A DNA stretch of 64,000 bases from an uncultured delta proteobacterium (GCA_963803435.1 CAWDML010000007.1:256001-320000); one strand, 5' to 3'; positions 44,616 through 54,648 are shown, counted from the first letter of the stretch. The notes: generated by a model from the letters alone, not told the origin. Program-made: numbers and translations.

Positions 44616-47428
44616 GCTACGAGATCCCGCGCGCCACCTATCGCCTTCAGCTGGGCGCGGGCTTTGGCTTCCGCGAGGCCCGGGACCTCACCGACTATCT
44701 CGACCGCCTCGGCATCAGCCACGTCTACACCTCACCGTACCTCAAGGCGCGCGCGCACAGCCCGCACGGCTACGACGTCGTCGACCATCAGCACGTGCAG
44801 CCCGAGCTGGGCGACGAGCGCGAGCTGCTCCAATGGCTCGAGCTCCTCCGAGCCCGCGGGATGGGCCAGATCGCCGACTTCGTGCCGAACCACATGGGCA
44901 TCGGGCGCGACGACAACCCCTGGTGGCTCGACGTCCTCGAGTGGGGCCGGCGTTCGCCATACGCGGAGTTCTTCGACATCGACTGGCGAGCGAGCCAGCC
45001 GGACCTCGCCGGCAAGGTTCTGGTGCCCTTCCTCGGCGATCTGTACGGCCAGGTCCTGGAGCGCGGTGAGCTCACGCTGGCGTTCGATGGGGGCGGCTTC
45101 TCCGTCCGCTATTACGAGCACCGCTTCCCCATCTCACCGGCCTCATACCTGAGGATCCTCTCCGGTGCGATCGATCGGTCCCGCCATCAGCTCGACGAGG
45201 CGCTCGTGACCGAGCTCGGGCTGGTGACCGCTCGGCTGCGCGAGCTGGCCTCGCTCGAGGAGGACCCGCAGTTCGACCTGCGCCCCCACGGGATCGAGGC
45301 GAGGGAGCAGCTCGTGCGGCTGGCCGGGTCACGTCCGGAGGTCGAGCGGCTGATCCACGACGCGATCGCCGAGCTCACCGGCACGCCGGGAGAGCCGTAC
45401 ACCTTCCAGAAGCTCCACGATCTCCTGGAAACCCAGAGCTACCGCCTCGCCCACTGGCGCGTGGCCGCCGACGAGGTCAACTACCGGCGGTTCTTCGATA
45501 TCAACGAGCTGGCCGCGCTGCGCACCGAGCTCCCCCAGGTCCTCGAAGCCACTCACGCCTGGCTCGCCACCATGATCCGCGAGGGACGGCTCGCCGGCGT
45601 CCGCATCGATCACGTGGATGGCCTCTACGATCCGCTCGCCTACCTGACCTGGCTTCGCGCGCTCGCCGGCGATCGCCCGCTCTATCTGGTCGTCGAGAAG
45701 ATCCTGGCCGACCACGAGTCGCTGCGTACGGAGTGGCCGGTCCAGGGCACGACCGGCTACGAGTTCATGAACCAGGTCAACGGCCTCTTCGTCGACGCCT
45801 CCCGCGCGTCGGAGCTGGCTCGGGTCCACCGGCGCTTCGCCGGCGAGACCGGCGACCTCGAGGCGGTGATCCACGCCTCCAAGCGCTTCGTGATCAAGTA
45901 CGTGCTCTCGGGCGAGCTCCAGCTGCTGGCGAGCGCGCTCAACCGGGTCGCGGAGCGGTCGTGGCACAGCCGCGACTTCACGCTTCACGAGCTCCGCACC
46001 GCGCTCGCCGAGGTCGCGATGGCCTTCCCGGTCTATCGTACGTACGTCGTGGACACGGCCTCCGACGAGGATCGCCGCGACATCACCTGGGCGATCCAGA
46101 CCGCACGCAAGAGCTCGGCGATCGACGACACCGTCTTCGACTTCATCGCCCGGGTGCTGACCAACGACCTGGCGAAGAGCGGCAACGGTGGATGGTCGCC
46201 GACCGAGGTGCAGCGCTTCGCCATGAAGTTTCAGCAGTACACCGGCCCGCTGATGGCGAAGGCGCTCGAGGACACCGCGTTCTACCGGTACGGCCGGCTG
46301 CTCTCGCTCAACGAGGTCGGCGGACATCCGCACCGCGTCGGGATCTCGGTGGCGGCCTTTCACGCGATCAACCAGCAGCGTCTCGCTCGCTGGCCGCACA
46401 GCATGGTGGCCCTGTCGACCCACGACGCCAAGCGAGGCGCCGACGCACGCGCGCGCATCGACGTGATCTCGGAGATCCCGCTCGAGTGGGGCCGCCGGGT
46501 GGCGCGCTGGAACCGGATCAACCGCTTCCGCCGAACAGTCGTGGATCGCGCGCTCACCCCGGCCGACCACGAGCTCTATTCGCTCTATCAGACACTGCTC
46601 GGCTCCTGGCCCACCGATCTCCTCGAGCGCCCGCGCAGCGAGGCGCTCGCCGACTTCTCCGAGCGCATCCTCCAGTACATGCGGAAGGCCATGCGCGAGG
46701 CCAAGCTGAGGAGCAGCTGGTACCGGCCGGCGCCCGACTACGAGTGCGCCGTCCTCGACTTCGTCGAGAAAATCCTCTCGCCCTCGGAGAAGAACAGGTT
46801 CCTCGACGACTTCCTCCCCTTCGTGCGCAACCTCTCGGCCTTCGGCGCGCTCAACGGCCTTTCGCAGGTCATCCTGCAGCTCACCGGGCCGGGCGTTCCG
46901 GATCTCTACCGCGGCACGGAGCTGTGGGATCTCAGCCTCGTCGATCCGGACAACCGCGGCCCCGTCGATTTCGAGGCCCGCCGGCGGATGCTCGAGGAGC
47001 TCCTCACGGAGGGGACCAGCCCCGAGCGGTTCGACGCCCGCCTGCGAGGCTGGTCCGACGGGCGGATCAAGATGTTCGTCATCGAGCGGTTGCTAGGTCT
47101 GCGCCGCGAGCGACCCGATCTCTTCGCTCTCGGGGACTACACGCCATGTGAGGTCGATGGTCCCCGCAGGGATCACTTGTGCGCCTTCGTACGACGCCGA
47201 TCCGGCGCCGTCGCGATCGTGATCGTCTCGCGCCTCCTCCACTCCGCGAGCGGCGGCGACTTCGATCGCGCGATCGGCCCGACTCTTTGGGAGGGCACTC
47301 GAGTTCGCGTGCCGGACCTCGGAACGATCCGACTGACGGATGTCCTAACGGGCCGTACGTTCACATCGAGCGGCGACCTCGTCGCGGATCGCCCGTTCGC
47401 GGTGCTGTTCGGGCAGGGCAGCGAATGA
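44612..47428 (+). CDS. treY: Malto-oligosyltrehalose synthase
   Basis: RBS GGAGG, TTG start overlapping the treZ stop; PRATYRLQ, SPHGYDVVD, VPNHMG, NYRRFFDIN, RIDHVDGL, LVDPDNR. Confidence 0.95.
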   Translation: MSYEIPRATYRLQLGAGFGFREARDLTDYLDRLGISHVYTSPYLKARAHSPHGYDVVDHQHVQPELGDERELLQWLELLRARGMGQIADFVPNHMGIGRDDNPWWLDVLEWGRRSPYAEFFDIDWRASQPDLAGKVLVPFLGDLYGQVLERGELTLAFDGGGFSVRYYEHRFPISPASYLRILSGAIDRSRHQLDEALVTELGLVTARLRELASLEEDPQFDLRPHGIEAREQLVRLAGSRPEVERLIHDAIAELTGTPGEPYTFQKLHDLLETQSYRLAHWRVAADEVNYRRFFDINELAALRTELPQVLEATHAWLATMIREGRLAGVRIDHVDGLYDPLAYLTWLRALAGDRPLYLVVEKILADHESLRTEWPVQGTTGYEFMNQVNGLFVDASRASELARVHRRFAGETGDLEAVIHASKRFVIKYVLSGELQLLASALNRVAERSWHSRDFTLHELRTALAEVAMAFPVYRTYVVDTASDEDRRDITWAIQTARKSSAIDDTVFDFIARVLTNDLAKSGNGGWSPTEVQRFAMKFQQYTGPLMAKALEDTAFYRYGRLLSLNEVGGHPHRVGISVAAFHAINQQRLARWPHSMVALSTHDAKRGADARARIDVISEIPLEWGRRVARWNRINRFRRTVVDRALTPADHELYSLYQTLLGSWPTDLLERPRSEALADFSERILQYMRKAMREAKLRSSWYRPAPDYECAVLDFVEKILSPSEKNRFLDDFLPFVRNLSAFGALNGLSQVILQLTGPGVPDLYRGTELWDLSLVDPDNRGPVDFEARRRMLEELLTEGTSPERFDARLRGWSDGRIKMFVIERLLGLRRERPDLFALGDYTPCEVDGPRRDHLCAFVRRRSGAVAIVIVSRLLHSASGGDFDRAIGPTLWEGTRVRVPDLGTIRLTDVLTGRTFTSSGDLVADRPFAVLFGQGSE

Positions 47429-47437
47429 CGCGCTCGA

Positions 47438-47453
47438 TGGCACGGCCGGTGCA
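47438..47453 (+). promoter_or_regulatory. sigma54 -24/-12 element
   Basis: TGGCACGGCCGGTGCA; C 26 nt before ATG 47478. Confidence 0.8.
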
Positions 47454-47477
47454 GCTCGTCGAAGCATCGGACGCCGC

Positions 47478-48440
47478 ATGTCGGAGCGCTCTCAGACCCC
47501 AATCCCACCGGAGAATGAAGGTCGGCCTGTGGAGCCGTGGCGTGCGCAGCCGCCCGACGTGACGAGGCTGCCGCAGGACCGGCGCCGCTCCCTCGAAGAC
47601 CAGCTGCTCGGCTGCCTTCACTCCCAACCGCGTGCGCTCGATCTGGTCCTGGGTCTGGCAGGCGACATTCCGCTGACCCACGAGCTCCGCGTCGGGCTCG
47701 AAGCGTGGAAGCAGAGCCGCGGCCTCAACTTCTACTCCGAGGTCCTCTTCACCCTCACCCATGAGCATTTCGCGCCGGCAGAGGCGCGCGGGTTGTGGGA
47801 GCGCGTGAATGCGCACAAGGAGACGCTCGAGATCCGTCTCGATCGACCAGTGGGGATCGCAGTGGCTGCGCTCGACTATCTCACCAACGTCGCGGGCCTG
47901 CTCCCTTCGCCCACGTTGATCCCGGCGCGCACGTTCAACGACGTCGCCGAGATGGCGCTCCAGGACGAGATGACCGGGCTCTTCGGCCCGTCCGCGTTTC
48001 GGATGCTGGTCCACAAGGAGATCGCGCGAGCGAGCCGCTTCCGCGAGCCCCTCTCGCTCGTGATGCTCGATCTCGACGACTTCAAGCGGATCAACGATCG
48101 CTTCGGCCACCCGGTGGGCGACCAGGTCCTGGCCGGCGTCGGTCAGGTGCTGCGCTCGACCCTGCGCGAGGCCGACATCGCGGCGCGCTACGGCGGCGAA
48201 GAGTTCGCGGCGCTCCTCCCCCGGACCCCGGCGGATCAGCTCCTCCCGCTCCTCGAGCGGCTTCGCGCGGCGATCGCCGAGCGGCCTTCCGGCCGACCGT
48301 CCGTCACCGCCAGCATCGGAGCCGCCAGCTTTCCCGAGCACGGCGTTTCGGCGCGCGAGCTGATCGTGCGTGCAGACGATGCGCTATACGCCGCCAAGCG
48401 TGGTGGTAAGAATCGCGTTGCGATCGGGGACCATTGCTGA
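47478..48440 (+). CDS. Soluble diguanylate cyclase
   Basis: DEMTGL, DLDDFKRINDRFGH, I-site READ, RYGGEEF. Confidence 0.93.
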   Translation: MSERSQTPIPPENEGRPVEPWRAQPPDVTRLPQDRRRSLEDQLLGCLHSQPRALDLVLGLAGDIPLTHELRVGLEAWKQSRGLNFYSEVLFTLTHEHFAPAEARGLWERVNAHKETLEIRLDRPVGIAVAALDYLTNVAGLLPSPTLIPARTFNDVAEMALQDEMTGLFGPSAFRMLVHKEIARASRFREPLSLVMLDLDDFKRINDRFGHPVGDQVLAGVGQVLRSTLREADIAARYGGEEFAALLPRTPADQLLPLLERLRAAIAERPSGRPSVTASIGAASFPEHGVSARELIVRADDALYAAKRGGKNRVAIGDHC

Positions 48441-48453
48441 CCATGGGATCGTC

Positions 48454-49347
48454 ATGCCGAAGAAGCTCGAATACAACGCGACGATCGTCGCGCGCCGGGA
48501 CATCACCGGGACCCTCGCGACCTTCCGCGTAGCGACGGACGCGGAGGTCTGCGACGGCGCGACCGCGCGACCGTTTCTCCCCGGACAATACGTGACTGCT
48601 GCGCTGCCCGCGCCGAACGGCGACTGGATCCAGCGCCCCTTCTCCATCGCGTCGGCGCCCGAGGATCGGACCGGCCTGGAGCTCTACGTTCGCAAGGTGG
48701 CGCACCCCGTCTCGGAGGCGCCGTTCAGCCACCTGATCTTCGACCGCCACCCCTCCGACCGGATCTACGTCCGACCGGCGGCCACCGGCCGCTTCACGCT
48801 CAGCCACACGATCGGCGTCGACAATCGGATCGTGAAGCTGCTGGTGGCGGCGGGGACCGGCGTCGCTCCCTTCATGAGCATGATCAGGAGCCGCGCGCTC
48901 GGCACCAGCGGCGCGCTCGACGATCTGGTGCTCATGCACGGCGTCAGCTTCCCCGACGAGCTCGCATACGAGGAGGAGCTGTCCCGCCTCGCCCGCGAGC
49001 GCGGCCTTCGCTACCTGACCACGATCAGTCGACCTCACTGCGCGCCGACCTGGACGGGCACGGTGGGGCGCGTCAACGAGCTCCTCTCGCCCGCGCGGAT
49101 CCGCGACGCCGAGCGCATGCTCGGCATCTCGATCGTGCCGGAGGACACGGCGGTCTTCGTCTGCGGCCTGCACGAGATGATCGCGGGCGTGATCGAGGAT
49201 CTGATGCCGCGCGGGTACGTCCCGGCCCATCGCCGGATCCGGGCCCTCCACGCGATCCCGGAGGGCGTCCCCACCACGCTGTTCTACGAGCAGTACGACG
49301 ACGCACCACTCGTGAGCCGCGGTACCGAGCGTCACAGCGTGGCGTGA
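48454..49347 (+). CDS. Ferredoxin-NADP+ reductase-like flavoprotein
   Basis: FLPGQY, RPFSIAS, AAGTGVAPF, VFVCG, FYEQY. Confidence 0.88.
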   Translation: MPKKLEYNATIVARRDITGTLATFRVATDAEVCDGATARPFLPGQYVTAALPAPNGDWIQRPFSIASAPEDRTGLELYVRKVAHPVSEAPFSHLIFDRHPSDRIYVRPAATGRFTLSHTIGVDNRIVKLLVAAGTGVAPFMSMIRSRALGTSGALDDLVLMHGVSFPDELAYEEELSRLARERGLRYLTTISRPHCAPTWTGTVGRVNELLSPARIRDAERMLGISIVPEDTAVFVCGLHEMIAGVIEDLMPRGYVPAHRRIRALHAIPEGVPTTLFYEQYDDAPLVSRGTERHSVA

Positions 49348-49384
49348 ATGCGTTGCGCCGGAGATCAACCCTCCGGCTTCGGAT

Positions 49385-49400
49385 CGGTATGGAGCCTGCA
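49385..49400 (+). promoter_or_regulatory. sigma54 -24/-12 element
   Basis: CGGTATGGAGCCTGCA (nearly identical to 11525-11540); C 26 nt before ATG 49425. Confidence 0.75.
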
Positions 49401-49424
49401 CTCCACCCGTCCCGAACCCTCACA

Positions 49425-50327
49425 ATGCGAACCTCAGCGATCATGACCTCGGTCGGCCGCCCGCTCTCGCCCCCCCGACCGACGCGGCCGTTCTGGTTCG
49501 CGCCAGCCGGCTGCGAGATCATGCGCGAGATCGGGCGCGGCGGGATGTCGACCGTGTACGAGGCGTGCTGCTACCAGACCTACCGGCGGGTCGCGCTCAA
49601 GGTGTCGATCCCGAACGCGACCAACACCCAGCTGCAGCGCTTCGCCACCGAGGCCCAGATCGGACAGAAGCTGAGCCATCGAGCCATCCCGCGCGCCTTC
49701 AGCTACGGACACTTCGACGGCGGCATCTGGATGACGATGGAGCTGATCGACGGGGTGCCTCTCTCACGGGTCGTCGACGCGGCCAGCCTCGACACCCCCA
49801 CGCGCCTGCAGATCCTGGTCGAGATCGCGAACGCGGTCGAGCACGTGCACTCGCATGGGATCATCCATCGCGACATCAAGCCCGGGAACATCCTCCTCTC
49901 CCGAACTGGTCCGAAGCTCGTCGACTTCGGCATCGCCAAGACTCCACAGATCTCGCTGACACAGCCGCGCTACGTCGTGGGGACGCCCGACTACCTCGCG
50001 CCCGAACAGGTCGTTGGCAAGGCGATCGATCATCGCGTCGACGTCTTCCAGCTGGGCCTGCTGGCGTTCCAGCTCTTCGCGAAGCGGCTCCCCTGGAGCG
50101 GGAACAACATGGTGGAGATCGGCTGGGCGATCTGCTTCGACGCGCCAGCGCGACTGTCGGAGTGCCTTCGTCCCGAGGTGGCGCTCTCGCCGGAGCACGT
50201 CGGTGGGCTGGAGGCGATCGTGAGCCGAAGCCTGGCGCGGAACCGCAACAATCGTTTCGAATCTGCGCAAGCCTTCGGAGAGGCGATCCGCGCGCTCTAC
50301 GTCGAGATCTTCAAGAGCGGCGAATAG
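49425..50327 (+). CDS. Soluble Ser/Thr kinase, paralog of 11564..12814
   Basis: GRGGMSTVY, ALKVS, GHFDGGIW, HRDIKPGN, DFGIAK, GTPDYLAPEQ. Confidence 0.92.
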   Translation: MRTSAIMTSVGRPLSPPRPTRPFWFAPAGCEIMREIGRGGMSTVYEACCYQTYRRVALKVSIPNATNTQLQRFATEAQIGQKLSHRAIPRAFSYGHFDGGIWMTMELIDGVPLSRVVDAASLDTPTRLQILVEIANAVEHVHSHGIIHRDIKPGNILLSRTGPKLVDFGIAKTPQISLTQPRYVVGTPDYLAPEQVVGKAIDHRVDVFQLGLLAFQLFAKRLPWSGNNMVEIGWAICFDAPARLSECLRPEVALSPEHVGGLEAIVSRSLARNRNNRFESAQAFGEAIRALYVEIFKSGE

Positions 50328-51180
50328 CCAGGACCTGAGCGCTCTCCTCGGGCTCCGGGTTGGTCGTATCCAACCTCCAGCCGGAGAGGTAACCATCGAT
50401 CCGCTCGCCCATCTCCTCAGGGACCCCGGGGACGCAGCACTCATCGAGGAAGTTCGCGTACTCCACGATGGAGGCCATCACCGACTCGAGCGTCTCCACT
50501 TCACCGCGCATGCGCTCGAGGTTGCTCGAACGGACCCGCATCGCGTTCTCCCAGACCGCCGCCGACGCCGGCCGGCAATCCGCGCGCTCGAGCTCCCGCA
50601 AGCGCCGCGCGATCAGCTCGGGGTTGGCGGAGTTGAGGCGCTCCCGGCGGGCCTGCAGCGCCACTGCCAGGCGCACGAACATCGCGGTGAGCTCCGACAA
50701 ACCGAGACCGTTCTCCATCAGCTCGACACATACACGACCGCCGCGCTGTGCACGTTCGCGAACCTTTTTGACCCGACTCTCGAGGCGCTCCAGAGCTCCG
50801 CGATGCTCGTCTCCGATTTCGGCTCGCACCTGCGCCCGCCGCGTCTCCAGCGCCGCCTCTTCCACCTCTGACGCGCGCCGGTCCGCGAGCTCGCGAAACC
50901 AGGCCATGCGCGGGAGCGAGACCGTGGTGATGAGCTGGAGGACGGACCCGATGAGAAAGATCCACCACGTCTGGCACATCGCGGAGAGCAACGCCGTCAA
51001 GACCGGGAAGAGAGCCGTGTACGGGGAGACGATCGCGAAGCGAAGGTAGCCGGCACCGCTCATCCGTTCGCGCGTCTCGGGCGGGCGGTGAAGGAAGCAC
51101 GAGCCCGGATCCTGCGAGGAATCGAAAAGGGTCGTCTTCATTAGATCAGCGATCTGAACCTGATTTGCCGTCTCCCGCAT
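50311..51180 (-). CDS. Hypothetical 2-TM plus coiled-coil protein, paralog of 28674..29538
   Basis: Shared motifs DPG, LGLSEL..MFVR, LESVMASIVEYA..LDECCVP.VP. Confidence 0.75.
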   Translation of the reverse strand: MRETANQVQIADLMKTTLFDSSQDPGSCFLHRPPETRERMSGAGYLRFAIVSPYTALFPVLTALLSAMCQTWWIFLIGSVLQLITTVSLPRMAWFRELADRRASEVEEAALETRRAQVRAEIGDEHRGALERLESRVKKVRERAQRGGRVCVELMENGLGLSELTAMFVRLAVALQARRERLNSANPELIARRLRELERADCRPASAAVWENAMRVRSSNLERMRGEVETLESVMASIVEYANFLDECCVPGVPEEMGERIDGYLSGWRLDTTNPEPEESAQVLAIRRS

Positions 51181-51192
51181 GGGGAGTACATG

Positions 51193-51208
51193 AGCAACGC
51201 CTGTGCCG
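51193..51208 (-). promoter_or_regulatory. sigma54 -24/-12 element
   Basis: CGGCACAGGCGTTGCT; C 14 nt before ATG 51180. Confidence 0.78.
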
Positions 51209-51321
51209 TGGATCTCTGCGTCCATACGCGTCGACACGAACCCCTCGATCGTTCGACAAGCTCGACTCAGTGTGGCGGGTCCGCGCGTGCAAACGTCGAG
51301 CGAGGATTCTCGAGTCGTCCG

Positions 51322-51337
51322 CGGTCCATTGCTTGCA
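51322..51337 (+). promoter_or_regulatory. sigma54 -24/-12 element
   Basis: CGGTCCATTGCTTGCA; C 15 nt before ATG 51351. Confidence 0.7.
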
Positions 51338-51350
51338 GCCTCTCTGCGCG

Positions 51351-52343
51351 ATGGCCTTCTTCGAAGACAAAGTCGTCGTGGTCACCGGTGCTTCGGCGGG
51401 CGTGGGTCGTGCGCTCGTCCGGGAGCTCGCACGCCGCGGCGCCAAGATCGGCCTCATCGCCCGTGGCACGGACGGCCTGGAGGCTGCCGCAGCAGAGGTG
51501 AGGGACGCGGGCAGCGTCGCCACCGCCGTCTCCGCCGACGTGGCCGATCCGGAGGCCGTCGAGCATGCCGCCCGCCGGATCGAGGACGAGCTGGGACCGA
51601 TCGATGGATGGATCAACAACGCGATGGCCTCCGTCTTTGCGCGCGTCACGGATGTGACCCCAGCCGAGTTCAAGCGCGTCACCGAGGTCACCTACCTGGG
51701 CGCAGTCCACGGTACGCAATCTGCCTTGCGCCGGATGATTCCGCGCAACCGCGGCTTCATCACGCAGATCGGATCCGCGCTGGCGTTTCGAGGCATCCCG
51801 CTTCAGGGTCCCTACTGCGCGGCCAAGCACGCGCTCCAGGGCTTCACGGAGTCACTGCGGACCGAGCTGCTCCACGACCACAGCGAGATCGCGCTCTGCA
51901 TCGTGCACCTACCGGCCGTGAACACACCGCAGTTCGACTGGGTGAAGAGCAAGCTCGAGCGTCGTGCCCAGCCGGTACCGCCCATCTTCGAGCCGGAGGT
52001 GATCGCCGACGGGATCCTGTGGGCGACCGAGGAAGGAAAGCGGCAGCTCCTGCTGGGCATGCCGACGGTCAAGACCGTATGGGGCAGCCGACTCGCGCCC
52101 GCGATCGTCGCGCGGGTGCTGGCAGACAAAGGCTTCGAGCTGCAGCAGACCGATGAGCCCGAAGATCCGACGCGGCCTGACAACCTGTGGGAGCCCGTGC
52201 CTGGCGATCACGGAGCGCGCGGGCGCTTCGAATCGCGCGCCAAGGATCGGTCCTTCGAGCTGTGGCTGGCGAGGAACAAGCGCTGGGTCGGCGCCGGGGC
52301 CCTGGCCGCGTTGGGCACCTTCGCGCTCCTCCACCGGCGTTGA
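51351..52343 (+). CDS. SDR family oxidoreductase
   Basis: TGASAGVG, WINNA, YCAAK, PAVNTPQFDW, C-terminal hydrophobic tail. Confidence 0.92.
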   Translation: MAFFEDKVVVVTGASAGVGRALVRELARRGAKIGLIARGTDGLEAAAAEVRDAGSVATAVSADVADPEAVEHAARRIEDELGPIDGWINNAMASVFARVTDVTPAEFKRVTEVTYLGAVHGTQSALRRMIPRNRGFITQIGSALAFRGIPLQGPYCAAKHALQGFTESLRTELLHDHSEIALCIVHLPAVNTPQFDWVKSKLERRAQPVPPIFEPEVIADGILWATEEGKRQLLLGMPTVKTVWGSRLAPAIVARVLADKGFELQQTDEPEDPTRPDNLWEPVPGDHGARGRFESRAKDRSFELWLARNKRWVGAGALAALGTFALLHRR

Positions 52344-52425
52344 GACCGCGGGGCGTTTCGGCCGCAGTGTGGCGTCGCACCTCGGCGTGCGGTCCGGTCT
52401 CCCGGACGGCTGACCTCGAGGGCGA

Positions 52426-52441
52426 TGGATCGCCCCTTGCT
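52426..52441 (+). promoter_or_regulatory. sigma54 -24/-12 element
   Basis: TGGATCGCCCCTTGCT; C 18 nt before ATG 52458. Confidence 0.7.
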
Positions 52442-52457
52442 TCGACCTCCGGCCGCG

Positions 52458-54647
52458 ATGACCGAGCTCGTCGACACCTGGCTCCATTATCAGGGCCGCC
52501 CGATGTTCGGCCGTACCTCCCGGTCCGGCCCGCACCCGGATCGCCCGACGATCGTGCTCCTGCACGGGCTGGTCGTGTCGGGGCGCTATCTGGTGCCGCT
52601 CGCCGAAGCGCTCACCGGCAGCTTTGACGTGCACGTCCCGGATCTGCCCGGCTTCGGGCGCTCACCCGGTCCCAAGCAGGCGCAGACCATCGCCGATCTC
52701 GCTGATGCGGTCGTCGGCTGGCTCGACGCCGCGCACCTCCCCGACGCCGTGCTCATCTCGAACTCTTTCGGCTGTCGGATCGCGCTCGAGGTCGCGGCTC
52801 GTCACGCCGATCGTGTCGCGGCGATGGTCATGCAGTCACCTACGGTCGATGCGCGCGCCCGCTCCCCCATGGGCATCCTCCGCCGGCTCGGTCGCGACGC
52901 CGTCCACGAGCCCGCATCGCTGCTGCCGCTGGTCCTCGCCGACTACCTGAAGACCGACAAACGATACGCGCTCGAGACCCTGCGCGTGATCCTCTCCGAT
53001 CCGATCGAGGAGAAGCTGTCGCAGGTGTTCGCGCGAACTTTGATCGTCAGCGGTGAGCGCGATCCGGTCGCACCTCCGGATTGGTGCCGGCGCCTGGCGC
53101 TGGAGTTGCCCGATGGCGAGCACGTCGTGATCGAGGGCGGCTCGCACGCGCTCGTCTACAACGAGCCACGCTCGATGGCGCGCCTGATCCGGCACTTCGC
53201 CCTCGGCGAGCGATTCGCGTCGCATCCGACGGTCCACCTGCTGCTCGAGGATCCGCCGGCGCCCGATTTTCTGGCCAACCTCGACTCAGCTGCCACGATG
53301 GTGCGGGCGGGCCGCCGCGCGCTCCTCGAGGAGGGCTTCGAGGGCTCCGATCTCCCCCCACCGGAACCGCGCCGGAGCTTGATCGGGCGCCTTCACCTGC
53401 GACACCGCGAGCGCCCAGGCATCCGCCCGCGCGAGATGACGGGGATCTCGACCGACGCGTTTCGAAAATGGGTCGTCGACAGCTATCCGTCACGCACGCA
53501 GTCGGCCGTCTTCATTGGCTCGACCAGCGGCGCGATTTCACACCTCGCCGCCGCGATGGGCGTCGCCTGGCTGCCGCAGACCTTCCTGGTCCAGGTGCAG
53601 CGCGGCCGCTCGAACCCCAGCGATCTGGTGGCGGAGATGGAGTGGGGCCGCCGGGTTGCAGCGCCCGTGCTCTCGGCCAACGGCGACCTCTCCCTCGTGC
53701 ATGCGCACGATCCGATCGACGTGGGAGCGGACGCGGGTCGGGTGAGCTCGTTCCGCTTGAAGCTGCGCGAGCTCGGCACGGTCTACCGCACGTTCATCCA
53801 TCGATACCTGGAGACCGGCGGCACCATCTATGTGGTCGACTGCGCGAAGCGTTGGCCGCAGGTGAAGCTCTCCGACCGGCACGCGTTCCAGCCGGGTGGC
53901 CCGGCGGGTCTCTCCCCCGAGGAGCTCATTCAGCCCAGCCCCCGTGCGCTCGAGCTGTTGAAACGGCTCCCCGCCAAGGCAGGGCGGTTCCGCGCGCCCA
54001 GCCCGGACGAGTCCGGACCCGAGGCGGAGTGGGGCTTCGAGCCGGCGATCCTCGACGAGGTCACCGAGCTGGCGGAGCGACGGCAATACCGCGTCGTGCG
54101 GATCCGGTACGACGATCCCGACGACCTGAGCCCGATGGTCGCCGACGTGATCAGCGACTGGTATCGCGACATGGGCTTTCGCGATCACCACCTCCTGGTC
54201 AGCAATGGTCTGCAGATGGATCCGTGGTGGACGATCCGGACCTGCTCGGTCCCGTTCTGGACGGCGCTCCCCGGCGGGGAGGCAGTAGACCGAGTGCGGG
54301 CCTATCTCGCGCGGAGCACGCGCTGGCGGAGCGTGGATCTGATGCTCGGCCCCGACGCCGCGGACCCGGGCGAAGGAGAGCTCCAGCGCTGGCAGGAGGT
54401 GGTTCGCCGGGCCGGCACGGGATCGATCCTCGGTGTCGACGCCGGTGACTCGACCGCGCTCCGGCGACAGGTGGCCCGACGAGAATGGCCGCTGCACCCA
54501 CTCGAGCCGGCCCGCCTCGATCGCTGGCTCCTCGACAAGGCCGACTTCTTTCACGCCGAAGAGCTCACCGTGCCGGCGCGCGACGCGCGCACGCCCGTCA
54601 CGCTGCGGCCCGCCTCGCCGCGTCCGATCTCGGTTCCAGGCTGGTAG
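52458..54647 (+). CDS. Alpha/beta hydrolase fused to a ~450-aa domain of unknown function
   Basis: LLHGL, PDLPGFGRS, SNSFG, GERDPV, SHAL; then FIGSTSGAISHLAAAMG..WLPQTFL, HDPID, PEAEWGF. Confidence 0.8.
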   Translation: MTELVDTWLHYQGRPMFGRTSRSGPHPDRPTIVLLHGLVVSGRYLVPLAEALTGSFDVHVPDLPGFGRSPGPKQAQTIADLADAVVGWLDAAHLPDAVLISNSFGCRIALEVAARHADRVAAMVMQSPTVDARARSPMGILRRLGRDAVHEPASLLPLVLADYLKTDKRYALETLRVILSDPIEEKLSQVFARTLIVSGERDPVAPPDWCRRLALELPDGEHVVIEGGSHALVYNEPRSMARLIRHFALGERFASHPTVHLLLEDPPAPDFLANLDSAATMVRAGRRALLEEGFEGSDLPPPEPRRSLIGRLHLRHRERPGIRPREMTGISTDAFRKWVVDSYPSRTQSAVFIGSTSGAISHLAAAMGVAWLPQTFLVQVQRGRSNPSDLVAEMEWGRRVAAPVLSANGDLSLVHAHDPIDVGADAGRVSSFRLKLRELGTVYRTFIHRYLETGGTIYVVDCAKRWPQVKLSDRHAFQPGGPAGLSPEELIQPSPRALELLKRLPAKAGRFRAPSPDESGPEAEWGFEPAILDEVTELAERRQYRVVRIRYDDPDDLSPMVADVISDWYRDMGFRDHHLLVSNGLQMDPWWTIRTCSVPFWTALPGGEAVDRVRAYLARSTRWRSVDLMLGPDAADPGEGELQRWQEVVRRAGTGSILGVDAGDSTALRRQVARREWPLHPLEPARLDRWLLDKADFFHAEELTVPARDARTPVTLRPASPRPISVPGW

Positions 54648-54648
54648 C

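Noticed and set aside
42836-47428. 1530-aa TreZ-TreY fusion protein
   Set aside because: The linker is out-of-frame Arg/Gly-rich junk. Deleting one T at GATTC 44407-44411 restores the TreZ C-terminus, its stop at 44613-44615 and a separate RBS/TTG start for treY.
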